Made by a program: the position numbers and the translations under genes. Shown piece after piece: positions 14,600 through 16,081 of a stretch of DNA of 16,081 bases. The notes under the pieces were generated by a model. It was given only the letters and a program-made list of their open reading frames with translations, was not told the origin of the DNA and ran no database searches. The DNA comes from a virus. Its lineage: Duplodnaviria; Heunggongvirae; Uroviricota; Caudoviricetes. Each line of letters opens with the position of its first letter. The stretch's first letter is position 1. The stretch is taken from IMG/VR virus record IMGVR_UViG_2799113015_000003, positions 64,001-80,081 of that record; one strand, given 5' to 3'.

Positions 14600-15430
14600 A
14601 AACCTCTGACCTGCAACAACACCACTCTCACCTGCTCTGCTTGCACTCTCTGGCTAATGCTTGGATGTCCTGTTAGCTGAGGCTTCGGTTGTAGGACTCT
14701 CATTGCCTCTCATCCTCTCTGACCTGTATGTGTACTGATGGGTAGCTGTGCCCGATGATGGATAGTGTGTGACCTGCATGTATGTGGGTTAGTTACTGCG
14801 TGGTAGTCCCATATCCGTACCCATGGGCAGCTAGCACACATATCCCCTAGTAAGCATGCATAGGTACAAGTAGGGACAGTGCGTGCAGTGCTAGCTAGCG
14901 CTAGTGGAGTAGGGATGCGCTGCATATAGAGGGGGTTTGCTGTATCTCTGCGGCCTTGACCTGCGTAGATGCGTGTACGTGGCAGCTAGGGGCCTTTATG
15001 GCATGCCCTACGCATACACCCTGGTCACGGCACTGCACCCACCCACACATACCGGGTAGCCCATACGCACCCCGTGTGCGTGCCATGGGCCTGCGCTGCG
15101 ATACCCATGCGCATGTGCACCACTAGCCCGACAGGGCGACCTTGGGTGGGTGAGCACACACAGCTACCTCCGTATGTGCACTACAGGGGCTACTCTGCGC
15201 CCTCCTACATGCACCACACTCCCCCGCCTGTGCCATGTATATGCAGGTAGATAGCCATATATGGCACACAGTGACATGGTGCAATATGCGTTAGCTATGC
15301 CTGACAGGCACCCAACACGCCGCATGATGTACTCACATGCGTGAACATAGAATGCTGCATTTACCTGCATGTATCGGATTAATACGCACCCAATCAAAGA
15401 AATTGCTTGTTTTTTCGTGGGTGCGTATGC
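14600..15430. repeat. Dispersed short repeats in the gene-poor cos-att interval
   Basis: ACCTGCATGTAT at 14772 and 15363; CTCTGACCTG at 14604 and 14717; ATACGCACCC at 15063, 15382 and reversed at 15419-15428; palindrome GCCATATATGGC 15254-15265. Confidence 0.6.
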
Positions 15431-15699
15431 CATGATCTGTGCATGCCCAACACAGGGCATACCCCAGCGCAAGGGGTTGACATCCAGAGAAGTCCCGAGC
15501 ACGTAGAGGCGGGATGGACCGGGTGGGCTAGCTGACAGACGTGGACGCGCCACCGACAGCATTGCGTTACAACTCAAGAGCTGGCCTGATCAAAGCGCTG
15601 ATAAGTGCACAGGCCGACGCGAGCTAGTTGACTTGTCCTAGTTCACGAGCGGTCGCACGTAAGGAACGTCGGGAGACGTAAAAGCTGAGGGCAATCCTT

Positions 15700-15760
15700 C
15701 CTAACCAAGTGTGAACGTATTGGTTAGGTGTCCTAGACCTACATACAGTCCCTTGTTCTC
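15700..15760. other. Prophage attachment junction (att site), crossover near 15744-15750
   Basis: Host reading frame ...IHENKGL switches to unrelated YVGLGHLTNTFTLG*; base composition shifts abruptly; 9-bp inverted repeat 15700-15728 on the phage side. Confidence 0.75.
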
Positions 15761-16081
15761 GTGAATCACCAATACCGTGCCGCGAGGCTCCGCCGCCGTC
15801 GCCCAGGCACCTTGCAACGTTCCGTTGGGTCCACTCCAGGTAATCGGCTCGGTCGCGACCACCTTGTCCATGCCGGGCGGGGGTGACGCGGAACCCGCGG
15901 TGCTCGGGGCCGGGGTCCCGGCCGGCTTGTTCCCGGTGCCACACGCCGAGATCAGCGCGCCGGCAGCGGCGGCGCCCACGCCCAGCAGGGCGAGCCGCCG
16001 AAAGGCCTCCCGCCGCGTCAGCAGTCCCTCGATATGGTCCGTGGCGATCTCTTCGGCGATATATCGCTGCAGCGGGGTCAT
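15701..16081 (-). pseudogene. Host dienelactone hydrolase family (YghX-like) gene, 5' part, interrupted by the prophage
   Basis: MTPLQRYIAEE..H.EG.LTRREAFRRLALLG signal-like N-terminus and G.VLVIHENKGL motif of DLH proteins; ends after 14 phage-derived codons, before the G-x-C-x-G-G nucleophile motif; markedly higher GC than the prophage. Confidence 0.85.

Larger units (their letters stand above)
1..15745 (-). mobile_element. Prophage (temperate mycobacteriophage, Cluster M/MabI-like architecture); continues beyond the left edge of the window
   Basis: Terminase-portal-head gene module, dense small phage-like ORFs, abrupt junction at ~15746 where a high-GC host gene is interrupted; candidate cos at 14552-14562. 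Cluster assignment is inference from architecture and recalled overhang similarity. Confidence 0.93.

Noticed and set aside
14491-14703. 70-aa minus-strand ORF spanning the candidate cos; possible HNH remnant in other frames
   Set aside because: No HNH motif in the three minus-strand frames I translated; crossing the predicted genome end argues against a gene.
15477-15510. Perfect TTGACA -35 hexamer
   Set aside because: No TANNNT at 16-19 nt spacing and no downstream + strand gene.
14710-15577. ORFs 14710-14925, 14901-15086 and 15164-15577 (minus)
   Set aside because: Cys/His/Ala/Met-rich translations simply reflect the alternating R/Y DNA; no RBS or family motifs.
14563-15745. Integrase or CRISPR array near the att end
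   Set aside because: No integrase ORF here (expected at the other prophage end); repeats are short, irregularly spaced and lack a repeat-spacer period.
15624-15944. 106-aa minus-strand ORF crossing the att junction
   Set aside because: Alternative frame of the high-GC host gene; chimeric across the junction.

Overview
Left part (1 to ~15745) of a temperate mycobacteriophage prophage, read on the minus strand, inserted into a host gene whose 5' portion occupies 15746-16081. The host is probably a Mycobacterium of the abscessus/chelonae type (inference). In phage order, from the right of the window: (i) an att junction that truncates a host dienelactone-hydrolase-family (YghX-like) gene right after the HENKGL motif; (ii) a ~1.2 kb gene-poor, repeat-rich segment; (iii) a candidate 11-bp cos site (ACCTCTTGCAA) resembling the overhang I recall for Cluster M mycobacteriophages; (iv) three small accessory genes (Cys/His protein, DUF3846-like, secreted DUF732-like); (v) a four-gene type VII secretion-type cassette: small EspC/WXG100-like protein, 497-aa WXG protein with a Gly-rich beta-type C-terminal domain, DcrB/PsbP-like protein, DUF4333-like lipoprotein; (vi) a 23-ORF, tightly coupled operon of small genes transcribed opposite to the virion genes, including a HIT-family hydrolase; (vii) the start of the virion operon: orphan gene, TerS, TerL, portal, MuF-like head protein, scaffold and the N-terminus of a P22-coat-like major capsid protein. 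The layout (cos ~9 kb from the terminase, att close to cos) fits Cluster M / MabI-like phages. The most promising under-described element is the T7SS cassette, whose large protein has no recognisable enzymatic toxin domain and is followed by two candidate partner or immunity genes. All family assignments are from motif recognition, not database searches.
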